A stretch of DNA of 64,000 nt, from contig NC_068994.1 of NCBI RefSeq assembly GCF_001194135.2, forward strand, positions 17,854,558 to 17,918,557, read 5' to 3'. Under the pieces are notes generated by a model, which was given only the letters and a program-made list of their open reading frames with translations, had not been told where the DNA came from and did not search any database. Source of the stretch: Octopus bimaculoides (Eukaryota). Both the position numbers and the translations under genes were made by a program. This document shows positions 13,701 through 27,273 of the stretch, one piece after another; the stretch's first letter is position 1; the number at the start of each line of letters is the position of its first letter.

Positions 13701-16700
13701 TTCAAACTGGGGTTTATAATGTCTACTATCAAGTGGAAACGTGATGTACCATCATATTTCCAATGAAGAGCTGTGTGCACGCATGCATCAGCCTGCAGTC
13801 TCCCACCACGTGTTGGTAAGGACATGTCCTCTACCTCCCATCAAATCAGATCATGCTATCAGGCCCCTGTTCTCATTTGACACAGCAGCTGCAGGCTGGA
13901 AGAAGCCTCATGGCAGACCCTGTCCCATGTGGTTGGATATGATTAAGGAAGGTCTCCAGAGGCTCGATGTTACCTTAGAGTATACAGAGGGGCTGACACA
14001 GGACAACCAGCAATGGGGGCACTGGTGGACCTGGTCAGCTCTATGCATGATTCTTAGTTTATCATTGTCTGGTATCCCTTTTCAGCATATCCAACTACCA
14101 GATAATTAGATGCCACTGTTTTTGTTCTGTTCAAGGATCTGCTCTAATATGGATGTCTGATACTTTAAAAAGGAAAAAAGAAAAAAAGTATTTTATTTAA
14201 ACAATTAAAAAGCAAATTTTTTTTTTGTCTTTATTTATTTTTTAGAAAATTATTAAGTATGTGACTCAGCTTTGTTTAACATTTCATCCGTTGAGAAACA
14301 TGATCAGTTACCAAATTTGTTCCCTAAATACATTTTTATCTATATATAGTGAATTCAAATAAGCAATTCAAATAAATAAAGAAAAAAAAGAGGAAAACAA
14401 TGAACGTGAGAATGTGCACAAGAAGTGTATTGGGTTAATGCTTGGTGAAAGGAGAGAGTTTAACGTTTTGAGTATAAGTCTTTGTTGGAAAGGAGAAAAG
14501 GAAAAGTCCAAAGAAGGAAAAGAAACTGCCAACAGCACGTGTGTAGTTACATTGCTGNNNNNNNNNNNNNNNNNNNNNNNNNNNNNNNNNNNNNNNNNNN
14601 NNNNNNNNNNNNNNNNNNNNNNNNNNNNNNNNNNNNNNNNNNNNNNNNNNNNNNNNNNNNNNNNNNNNNNNNNNNNNNNNNNNNNNNNNNNNNNNNNNNN
14701 NNNNNNNNNNNNNNNNNNNNNNNNNNNNNNNNNNNNNNNNNNNNNNNNNNNNNNNNNNNNNNNNNNNNNNNNNNNNNNNNNNNNNNNNNNNNNNNNNNNN
14801 NNNNNNNNNNNNNNNNNNNNNNNNNNNNNNNNNNNNNNNNNNNNNNNNNNNNNNNNNNNNNNNNNNNNNNNNNNNNNNNNNNNNNNNNNNNNNNNNNNNN
14901 NNNNNNNNNNNNNNNNNNNNNNNNNNNNNNNNNNNNNNNNNNNNNNNNNNNNNNNNNNNNNNNNNNNNNNNNNNNNNNNNNNNNNNNNNNNNNNNNNNNN
15001 NNNNNNNNNNNNNNNNNNNNNNNNNNNNNNNNNNNNNNNNNNNNNNNNNNNNNNNNNNNNNNNNNNNNNNNNNNNNNNNNNNNNNNNNNNNNNNNNNNNN
15101 NNNNNNNNNNNNNNNNNNNNNNNNNNNNNNNNNNNNNNNNNNNNNNNNNNNNNNNNNNNNNNNNNNNNNNNNNNNNNNNNNNNNNNNNNNNNNNNNNNNN
15201 NNNNNNNNNNNNNNNNNNNNNNNNNNNNNNNNNNNNNNNNNNNNNNNNNNNNNNNNNNNNNNNNNNNNNNNNNNNNNNNNNNNNNNNNNNNNNNNNNNNN
15301 NNNNNNNNNNNNNNNNNNNNNNNNNNNNNNNNNNNNNNNNNNNNNNNNNNNNNNNNNNNNNNNNNNNNNNNTATATATATATATATATATGTATATATAT
15401 AGCTACATAGCAACACAATTTCTTACATATTTTAAGTTATAACAGTAAAGAAAAATACATTAAATACTGACCACATGTAGAATAGAAATTTAAGTTTGTT
15501 GTAAGGTTAATGATTTGTTTAATATCCAATCAAATATTTCAAGTAGGGCAATAGAGGTCTATTTGATTGTTTTCTTCTTGCAATACAACCTAAGTCAATG
15601 ATCAAACTGAAGCATTTTACTTTTGATCATTCTTATGCTGCCTAATGGAATGCAGGTGAAGTAAATTGTTTTAATTTCATTCAAAATCACAAACTTGTCA
15701 AAAGTTGTGAATTACCAGAGTTTAAGTCAGTTATTCCCAACACGGGGCATGAGATGAAAATTTTTTTTTCTTTTTTCCTTTTTCTTTTTTTTTTTCATTA
15801 TTGGGACATGGAATTGTGAAAATCTTTTTTTTCACAGCAAACATACTACACCTATACTCAGCCAAGCATACTGTGTGAATACTGCTACAGTATAGCACTA
15901 TCCTAATGCCCTAGTGTGGATATTTCATTAAGGAAAGTATATAAGCCAGCACTTAATAAAAGAGTTACCAGTAGATTCTTTTATATCAAAGAATTGTGAT
16001 GAAATATTAAAAATAAAGTTTTGTCTTTTTTCCCAATCACTGGTGGGACATACATTTTTCTGGAAAGTTATAGTGGGTCCTGGGGGAAAATAGGTTGGGA
16101 AACACTGATTTAAGTTTTGGTCTTCTGAATAACAAGGGCTAACAGTTTATATCCCATCACTGTCATTATATTATGCTATGTTCATAGTAAAGACCCATAA
16201 TTCTTGCTAGTTCTGTCCACTTAGTCATAATGGGGAGCAATGTGTAATTGCTAAGTAATTTGATAAATTGAGGGCAAAGTTCAAATTGACCTTTAAGAAA
16301 ATATGCTATTTAACTGACAGCTCATCATGGATTCAGAAAGAAATATCATTTAATTATTTAATGTTTTAAAAATTAGGAAAAGCTGCCCTACACAGTCTGT
16401 TAATAGTGCTGAATAAAAAATAAAATTGAAGCTACCAGAAATGTGTTATCTTTGTTGCAGTGTGTTGTTTTATAAAAGAGATATAAAGACTGGGAAAGAG
16501 ATAGGTCATTGACGAGGCATTAACATTTTTCATTATGTGGGTAATATTTTCAACTGAGATGTTACATCTTATTCTTCAAGTGCTTTAATTCTGTGTCTAC
16601 ATATATTTACTAGATTGCTGACAATTATTAATAGTTTTCTCCATTGTGTTGATATGTCATTTTCTATCATTAATAAAACTGTCAGCATTTTTGTGGGCAC

Positions 16701-19700
16701 GGGTATGCTAGTAATTATAAGTAATAAGCTTATAATAATTATTTACCAAAATATATATTTATAATTGTGTATGTCTTTGTTTACACATCCATTATATGTT
16801 TAAGTACTAGAATATGTTTTTAAAAAAAGTTTTCTGCTTTTAGGAAAATACGTTGCATCTCGATACATGCAGTCTGCTCAGAATTTCAGAACTCGAACAC
16901 CTACAAAAAAGGCATGTTTATTTTTTTCACTTTCTTTCTTTATTGGAAAGACTGTTACAAAACATAGCTGTGCAAAAAAAAAGCGTTCTGTGTGAAGACT
17001 GTTTGCTACAGTATAGCACTATTCTATTCTAGTACCCCAGTGTGGATATTTCTTCAAAGAAAAAAAAAATCAGGCAATATAGGCGCAGGAGTGGCTGTGT
17101 GGTTAGTAGCTTGCTTACCAACCACATGGTTCCGGGTTCAATCCCACTGTGTGGCACCTTGGGCAAGTGTCTTCTACTATAGTCTCAGGCCGACCAAAGC
17201 CTTGTGAGTGAATTTGGTAGACGGAAACTGAAAGAAGCCCGTCATATATATGTATATATATGTATGTGTGTGTGTTTGTGTGTCTGTGTTTGTCCCCCAT
17301 CATCACTTGACAACCGATGCTGGTGTGTTTACGTCCCCGTAACTTAGCGGTTCGGCAAAAAGAGACCGATAAAATAAGTACTAGGCTCACAAAGAATATG
17401 TCCTGGGGTCGATTTTCTCGACTAAAGGCGGTGCTCCAGCATGGCCGCAGTCAAATGACTGAAACAAATAAAAGAGTAAAAAAGAGTAATGAAGTAGGTG
17501 CAAGGAGTGTAATATTGCATCTAGGTGAACCCAGAAGGTTGGGAGGAAATAAGGGACTCACAATGTTGAATGGAAAGCATTCAACTGTTTCACATCACAT
17601 GTAAACTTAAAGAGTACTCAAGCATTTAAGGCCTCAGCTGATATGGATGCAGACAGTTATATACAGAAGTGCCGATCACTTAAAATGGATGGAACTTGTG
17701 GAAGAGGGAGACCCAGCCTTATGAAGGAGATGACTGAGAACCAAGATATCCGGCGCATTGCTATACTCAAGAAGATCTGTTCACTACAGCAGAATTGATA
17801 CTGGTGTTGATGTTGCGTTAAAAGCACCCAATACACTCTGTGGAGTGGTTGGCGTTGGGAAGGGCATCCAGCCATAGAAACCATGCCAGAACCGACTTGT
17901 GGTTTAAATGGATGAGTGCTGAATGAAAGATACCAAGTGGGAGATGCCCATAGTAGATGATGTATGGCACCAGCACTAGATCTCAAGATATTGGGCCTCA
18001 CAAAATAAATGATATTGGATTGAGATGAATAAAGATTTGCTGTTAGCACACCTGTCCAATGCCAGCATGTTGACATGATGGTGTTGAAAATGTTTCAATA
18101 GATATAATATATTCGTTTTTGAGGTGCCTTTCTATTGATAAATATTGATAAGCAATGTAGGGGTAAGTTACCAACAATTTAAATCGATAAATCCAGTATT
18201 ATTATCATTCAGCTGTAGTGTTAGTTTTATGGAATGGCATACACATCTCGTATTTCTATGTTTAAAATATGTGCCTGAATCATGATCTCTTTCAACATGA
18301 ATAATAATTTCTTGCATTTGTATACTGCAGTTTGTTTTAATTAACCTAGTAATAACTGCCCTATGGCTCATAATGGCAACAGCTTTGGGAGTAATTGGAT
18401 CAATATAAGGTGATTAGCATTGAGCTTTGTTTTTAACACTAGGTTTAACCTTTATAGAAACAAATTTATATCAATGCTCCAGCATTGATAACAAGCTTAA
18501 CAGCTGAGACAGGATGCTGAACCAAAAAACTATGTGTATGGTTTCTTGTTTAACTTCAGGTCAATTCCATGATTAAAAGCATTCAAATCCTGATTATCTC
18601 CTCTTATTTTCAGATATACCATATGCAGGGTACACTTTACTATGTGTCTTGCTTTTTTTTTTATTTTTAAAGATAGCAGAGAGGATGATTTGAATACAAT
18701 TTGACTATTCCCTGCATGTTGTGTGATTGAAGAAAGAGTTCTTCATGGGTTGGTGGTAGTGTTTGGTTTTTGTCTCTCTTGTTTGTGTGTTAACCTTTGA
18801 GCATTCAGAAATTCTTTGTCAAATGTAATGATTGTTTATTCATCATCATCATCTAACAGCTGGATGCCCTTCCTAATGCCAACCTCTTCAAGAGTGTAAT
18901 GAGTGCTTTTATATGCTACTGGCATGGGTGCTGGTTGTGTGACACTAGTATCTGCCATGACTACAATTTAACTTGATGGATTTTCCTTCTGAAGCACAGA
19001 ATATTGCTAAAGGTCTCAGTCATTTATCATGCCTCTATGAGACCCAGTACTCAAAAGGTTCATTTCACTTGCCACCAGCTTGGATGCTAGTTCCACGACA
19101 CCAACATCGGCCACATTGCCTCCACGAGGCCCAATGCTTGAAAGGTCCTTTTTATGTGCCACTAGCATGGGTGCCAGTTATATGACACCAACAACAGCCA
19201 ATTGTTTTGAATTAATCATGCATTATCTTGTAGCTTTAAGATTTCAATAGTGTGTTTGTATATTTTTAGAATGACATTGTTGGCGTTAGGAAGGGCATCC
19301 AGCTGTAGAAACTCTGCCAAATTAGATTGGAGCCTGGTGTTGCCATCCGGTTTCACCAGTCCTCAGTCAAATCGTCCAACCCATGCTAGCATGGAAGGCG
19401 GACGTTAAACGATGATGATGATGATTGTAGCATAAATGTAAGCAGTTGAATCTGGTTGTTTTTAACATAAAACTGGTAGAATATTTGGGCCAGATTAAAT
19501 GCTAAAGAGTTAAATATTTGCCCTTCATCCCTCTAGAATGAATGAAATAATTTTAAAAACATAGGATTGATATATCTCCTTTATAAAATTTTAATTGATG
19601 CTTATGTCATTTCTTTTATAAGTAACTGTTTTTTTTTTTTTTTTTTTTTTTTCAGGAATCCAAAAGTGGTAATAATATGACTCTGACTGAAGCAAATTGT

Positions 19701-20606
19701 GAGTCATCTGAAGAACTTAGTGTACTATCAGGAAATAGTAACACTAATTGTAACAATCAGTCTAGAAAGAACAGCAGTGAAGAATCCACTTACTGTTTCA
19801 CTAGACTCAAAAGGAACAAAAAAGTGGGGGAAACCGAGTCTAAGCAAACGTCGACTCCAAACAAAGACGATCTTCCTTTACCATATTCAGATGCATCCAC
19901 AATTATTCAAGATGTGTCAACATGTAAGATCCTTCACTAATCCGTATTGCATTTTTGGTTTAGTTTTGGTAGATCAGATCAATTATGATGTAATATGAGG
20001 CAAACATTTGTCTTTCAAATATTTTACCTCAAAATCTTATAAAATCTGTAAATGCTTGTACCTAATTGTAATACAGAATTATTTTTAACCCAAGTCACAA
20101 ATTCTCTCTCTCATTCCTTTCTATTTCTGTCTACATCATTTCTTCTTTCTCATTCATGTGTTGTCTCTTCTCTTTCTCTCTTCCTCTTGCTCTCTTTCCC
20201 ACTTTTCTCTCTTTTCCTCTCTTGTTTATTTCTGGTTCTTTCTTTAGTTCTTCTTATATCATTCCTTTTTCTTCTCATCTTAAACTCCAAATATATTTTA
20301 TAAACTATCCCCATGTAGTTCAGAAACTTACTTCCCGACCATATACGTAGTTTCAAGTCCAGTCCTACTGCACAGCACCTTAGTTGACCAAATCCTTGTG
20401 AATGGATTTGGTAGACAGAAACTGAAAGAAGACCATTATGTTTGTGTATATATATATATATAAAATATGTGACACTTATTCGGTAGCCATGATAAAACTC
20501 CCGAATAAGTGGCTACCGAATAAGTGTCACATATTTTTTACAGATAAATTCCTCTATTTACATAATATCGAGGTCTCTTTCTTTCTTTTGTTGTCCTTCC
20601 TATCAC

Positions 20607-20640
<34 letters not shown>

Positions 20641-23600
20641 AAATAAGCATTAGGAAAAGCATCCAGCCATAGGAACCTTACTAAAGCAAACACTGGTGCA
20701 TTATGCAGTATATAAGAATCTGATTTTGTTATTAAGGAAAATAAATGTAGCTATTTTTTCTTTAAGAAACTGGGTGAGGAGAAGCTTTAAATTTTTAGAA
20801 CTGGCCAAGTTGTATTAAAATGTAATATAAAGGGATACAAAAGTATGAATAGACTTAGTATCACTGGTAAGTAAGCTTAATAAAACTTAGTTTAGAGGGT
20901 TGGAAGCTTAACTCATTAACATTTAACCCAGCCAAAATATTCTATCTGTTTTTTTGTTCAAACTGGTCAGATCCAGCCTGTCACACTTACCCTATAATGT
21001 CATTCTAAAAGTAAACAAACACAAAAATCTTGACGCTAAGAGATAATACAAAATTAATTTAGAACAAAGTGAATAAATAAACATTGTGTTTGACAGTAAC
21101 CTGAATGCTAAAGGGCTTAAAGTCTACTTCTGAAACTGTATGAATTGATCTTTCTATGTTACTAGGGTCTGAAGGACCTAAACCCAATTGTCGCAGAGAT
21201 ATTTTCAAAACTGCCAAGAACAAGGAAGCTTCACTGCCATTGGAGGAGCCTGAAGTAAATAAAGAAGTAATATCTTTTTTTTTATTTCTTAATTCTGATA
21301 TATCTTTTTTAGTTTATTTTGATATCATCTTCATCATTTAACATCCATTTTCCCATGCTGGCATGGGTTAGATGGTTTGACAGGACTGGTAAGCCAAAGG
21401 ACTGTACCAAGCTCCACTCTTTTTTGGCATGGTTTTTATGGCTAGATGCCCTTCCACTTCACAGAGTGGACTGGCTGCATTTTACATGGCACCAGCACTA
21501 GTAAGGTCTGTTTGGCAGACTTTTATGGCTGGATGCCCTTCCTAATGCCAACCACCTTAAAGAGTGAACTGGATGCCTTTATGGCCGTGTAGTTGAGAAG
21601 CTTGATTCCCAACCATATCTCATGTTCAGTCCCATTGTGCAGTACTTTGGTATTCTTTTACTATGACTCCAGGCAGACTAACCAAAAAGCCCTGTGAATA
21701 GATTTGGTGGATAGAAAGCTGAAGAAGTCCACCATGTATGTGTGCGTTTCTGTGTACTCTTATCCTGACATCACATGATGTTATAAACAAGCATCATCAT
21801 CATACAAGCAATGTTGTTTGTTTTCAGTCTATAGTGAGAAACGTGGAGGCGAAAACACCTAAAGCGCACGAGGCTCCGGCAGGGGATGGTGGCGAACCCT
21901 GCTGTACTCTTTCACCACAACTTTCTCTCACTCTTTCTTCCTGTTTCTGTTGTGCATGTAATTCAAAAGAGTCAGCCTTGTCACACTGTGTCACGCTGAC
22001 TGTTCCCGAGAACTATGTTAAGGGTACACGTGTCTGTGGAGTGCTCAGCCACTTGCACGTTAATTTCACAAGTAGGCTGTTCCGTTGATCGGATCAACTG
22101 GAACCCTCAATGTCGTACACGACAGAGTGCCAACAACATAGTGAGAAACACATTTGGGTATTGGAAATTATTACCTTGCCTGGAAACATTTGAGGGTTGA
22201 TGACTGGAAGGGTGTCCATCTGTAAAAAAACCTACCTTCAAGAATTGTGACTGAAGCATACAAGCATAGAAAAATGGATTTTAAATAATGATCAATATTT
22301 GAAGAAGAGAAATGGTAAATAAGGTAGCTTTGTCTAATTGTTACTATCATGTAGTTCAAATTATAAATTGGCAAGTCAGCTGACTGAATTGATTGCATAT
22401 CAACTAAATAACCAAAGGTTTGACAGTCAATACCCTACAAATGGCGGCATGCTAAGTTAAAGATCAATACACTAAACACTGAAATGGCTCTGTCCACTCA
22501 AATGTAAATAATTTACTTTGGCATGGTAAACTGGATCAGTAATGTATAATTGTATGTTTCATTAACCTGTAATGTTGAGTTTAAATCTTTTTTGTAAATA
22601 TGATTTTGAAAGATGAACCTTATCTAGGCTGACTTGCCTTAGATACACTTATGATTCTCAATTCTTCAGGTAGTGCTACTGTAATTCAATAAGTTTTGGG
22701 ATTCTTGCAAGTATATTGTGAAAATGATTTGTGATAGGCTTTGTTTTCTGTAAGTATTATATCAGGAGATTATTTAAATTTTACTATTGATTTTTGAATA
22801 GAATTATTAGATTTTTTTAAAATGTAGTTTATACTCAAAATATATAATTTTTTCCTTCCTGATTTTAATGCAAGTATACTAATTATGTGCATATTTACAT
22901 GCATGCACATATTTATTTGATTCTTTTTATTTAATGATAATTGTAGCAAAAAGCGCCTCTCAACCAGACAGAAGTGGATATTTTATACAACAATTACATC
23001 CAAACTCTTTATCTTGATAAAATGGTGCAGAAAGCAATTCAGAAGAGAGAAGCTGATGCGGCAGTAAGTAGTTATATAACTGCATGCTTTATTTATTTGT
23101 TGATATAGGTATGGAAGCTGCTGGACATAGGTTCATAGAAATACAAGTTAATGCATATGATGAGAGAAAGGAGGAAATTGGGGTTATGACATACAAGACA
23201 ACTAAGAGTTTATATGAGACAACCTATTGCAAGCCACAGACCAGATCTGTGGATGGTGGAACAAGCTCTCAGCCAGACAAGTTGGCATGGCAGTAGAATA
23301 GAACACCAGACAGAGCTGTGAAAGTTAAACTACTGAGAGATGATGGAAGTAAGAGGTTTGCTAAGGATTTGCAAAGGATTAGAGGTGGATTGCATAACGC
23401 AAGGTATTGGTACAGTTTGAGATGTCATTTGGGAAATGTGTTAACAGAAAAGTGGCACCCTTGCCATCACTAACATTCACATGAAAGAAGCATGTAATTG
23501 TTATTACAAGAGATTATAGAATGCTGGGAGAATGTGTGGTGATAGAGAGGGACTACCCCAAGTAGACCAACAGAGGGACCAGCTATTGAAGCAGCTAGCT

Positions 23601-26600
23601 GTACAATTGAAAGCACAGTTAAAGATGTAAAGGTGGGAAAAGCAATTAGACCAGGAATAGTTGCTGAGATGCTACAAATATCCATCTAAGTAGGATGAAT
23701 TGTAGTCATTATCACAATCGGTCAGGTAGTACAAAGTAGTGTCATACCCTGTGACTGGTGTAGCAGTATAATTACCGATTGCTACAAAGGCAATGGAAAT
23801 GCCCAAGACAAGCAACTACAGAGGTACTAAATTGATAGATTAGGTTATTAAAGTAACAGAAAGAATTATAGCAAACTGCATAATCTTATTATATTATTAG
23901 AAATTGTATTAAAAAATTCTTAAAATATTTTGTGCATTGTAGAAATAAAACCAATTTATTGCACATAATTTTTAACAATATAATCTTATATGGACCCCAG
24001 CTGAGAATCACTGCTCTATACCTAGCATTCATTGAGCTGGAGGTCAGTGTTCTGAAAGCATAGTAAAAACTGTTTGTGGAGTCATTACTTTATCACCATT
24101 TAATGTTCGTTTTTCCATGCTGGCATGGGTTGAATGGTTTGACCAGAGCTGGCACCAGGTTCCAGTCTGATTTGACATGGTTTCTATGGCTGGATGCCTT
24201 TCCTAATGCCAACCACTTTGCAGTGTGTGCTGGATGCTTTTAAAGTGGCACCACATGAGCGCTGTAATGTGGAACTTGCACAGGACTCTGGCAGACCAAT
24301 ACTCTTCACCAGGGGGAGTGGCCTTAACATTTCTGCTGTGGAATATGGATCTTCTTGAGTACAGCAGGGTACCAGGTATCTCGGTCCTTTGTCATCTCAT
24401 CTGAAAGGTTCAGCAACCTGAGGTCGTCCTTCAGTAATTCATTCCATGTCTATTTGAGTGTCCTTCTTTTATGTATTCCGTCTACAAAATATTGGCACTT
24501 CTTTGTAGAACTTATCAATGAAGGGATTTCCTCTTCAAGTGAAGGGCAGATGGTACGGTGCTTGTGTACAAAGTGCAATGTTGCAAGATAGTGAAACATG
24601 GGTATTGAATGCAGGGCATGTGTAATGGTTGGAAAGTAGTGAGGCATGTATACTCTATTGTGTTTTAGAAGTATTTGTGGAACCTCATGGATTGTGACTT
24701 ACCATTCGCATAAAAGAATGGCTATCATTTTTTTGTGTTCGTTTTACCATATTGGCCTTGGTTGGAAAGGTCATTATTATCTCCATCAGTTTTTATTCAG
24801 AGTTACTTCCCTTCTTTTTTTTTTTAATACACCCACCACTAGAGAAAATTTTATGCGTAGAGGATTAGAGACGCAGCCTCTTTTAGTTGTCTTTGAGAGT
24901 TACTTCCCTTTTATCGTTACATTACTGGTAGTAGCGATTTCTGTTCCTTGTGAGTACTTAAAGAGTCACCTGTTGTATGGCTTGACCCACCATGGTCCTT
25001 TGCCATCAGGCCTAGAATGTCATTATTTTCAGCACAGCATTCACATATCAGTTTATAGCACGGACAGGGTGCATTTTCTGCTATCAATATTACAGTTGTC
25101 AGCACAAGAAAAGATCAAGCGGCTCTTTTGTGTTGTCTCTGCTAATTTGTTCCTTTATTTTCGTATTTCAACTACTTTTTAGCATAGGATGGGAACATGT
25201 TATTGTGCTACCACAGCACTTGAGAGACTGTTATTGAACTTTATCTAGTATGGTTTTTATTCTTACTGTTCATGGGTCAGTTTGGTGTGCACATTTTAGG
25301 CTGGATCTCATTGCTACAATTGAAGATCCATGCATCTCCATGATGTAGGTAGGAGTTTAGCTAACAAAAGGTTCTAAAAGGACTGATAGTTTGAAGGATT
25401 ATCTCTGTCCTAGTTTTAAAGAGATAACCTGAGTGTTGCTGTCTAGAGCCTCACTATACACACTCACACATTCTATGTTGTAACCAAGAAAAACATTCCC
25501 TTAAGGAAAATACATTTTTATTCTGTGCAATGAACGGTCTGTCAGTTGCTGGTCTACTGTGGTCAGCATTGTTGATCAGTGCTATGGACACAAGTTCAAC
25601 ATTCTGTGGAATTTTACCATAACATAAAATGTAAAGTCTCACTGAGTTCTATGGTAATAGAGATAATCATCATCATCATCATCATCGTTTAACGTCCGCT
25701 TTCCATGCTAGCATGGGTTGGACGATTTGACTGAGGACTGGTGAAACCGGATGGCAACACCAGGCTCCAGTCTGATTTGGCAGAGTTTCTACAGCTGGAT
25801 GCCCTTCCTAACGCCAACCACTCAGAGAGTGTAGTGGGTGCTTTTACGTGTCACCCGCACGAAAACGGCCACGCTCGAAATGGTGTCTTTTATGTGCCAN
25901 NNNNNNNNNNNNNNNNNNNNNNNNNNNNNNNNNNNNNNNNNNNNNNNNNNNNNNNNNNNNNNNNNNNNNNNNNNNNNNNNNNNNNNNNNNNNNNNNNNNN
26001 NNNNNNNNNNNNNNNNNNNNNNNNNNNNNNNNNNNNNNNNNNNNNNNNNNNNNNNNNNNNNNNNNNNNNNNNNNNNNNNNNNNNNNNNNNNNNNNNNNNN
26101 NNNNNNNNNNNNNNNNNNNNNNNNNNNNNNNNNNNNCCCGCACAAGCCAGTCCAGGGGCACTGGCAACGATCTTACTTGGCTTGCCGGGTCTTCTCACGC
26201 ACAGCCCATTTCCAAAGGTCTCGGTCCGTAGTCATCGCCTCGGTGAGGCCCAATGTACGAAGGTCTTGCCTCACCACCTCAGCCCAGGTCTTCCTGGGCC
26301 TACCTCTTCCACGGGTTCCCTCAACTGTTAGGGTGTGGCACTTTTTCACGCAGCTATCCTCCTCCATTCTCACCACATGTCCATACCAGCGCAATCGTCT
26401 CTCTTGCACGCCACAACTGATGCTTCTAATGTTCAGCTTTTCTCTCAAGATACTTACACTCTGACGGGTATTCACATTGACATTACACATCCAACGGAGC
26501 ATACAATATGATTTATTATTTCTTCCCAATCTCCATGTATTTTAATTTTATATTCTACTTCATTTTATGTTGTTTTTTTTTTATCGTTTTTGGTAAAGAT

Positions 26601-27190
26601 GTTTTCATCATGTTAAATAAACCCTTCAATGTTAGTATTGGCCATAAAGGGGCTTTTACCCATTATCTTAGCATGACATTTTGTGGTCTTATTTCTATTT
26701 TGTTTTAAATTTGTTGGAGGAAAGTTTGAGCATTGTATATTGTTTGGACTAAATGTTTTACATTATTTACTTTTGCCCCTCTACATTCTATTTTCAAATC
26801 TTTACTGGGAACAGCATTGCTTTCCAGCATGCAAAGATTAATAAATGAAATACATGTCATATATTAAGTCATTTATATAACTATTCACCTCTCCTACAAA
26901 TTCATGACCTTGTACTGTTATTCATTTACATTGTATATGTGTATTTTTTATGTTTATTATTATAGTTTTGTTTCATGATTGTGATTTTTCTCTTAATCAT
27001 AATTTATCAAACCACATTGTTTAAAATACTTAACAGAAGCAGATTCAAGATTTCTGTTACTTGACTCAATCTGATAATGAGAAAGAGTTAGATTTACATC
27101 TGCAGCTGAGAAAAATGAATCACAATAAGCTGGTTACCCGTTTAGGTGAACTTCAGGTATGTATGTAACTTCATACACATGGATATGCAC

Positions 27191-27273
<83 letters not shown>

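Noticed and set aside
15690-15750. Possible decayed duplicate of the SRYMQ exon with a GC-like donor
   Set aside because: It has no usable acceptor, and the segment is better explained as the left TIR of a hAT MITE with a matching right TIR and 8-bp TSD.
24646-25182. 178-aa + strand ORF
   Set aside because: It is antisense to a degenerate RTE LINE and has no recognisable protein features.
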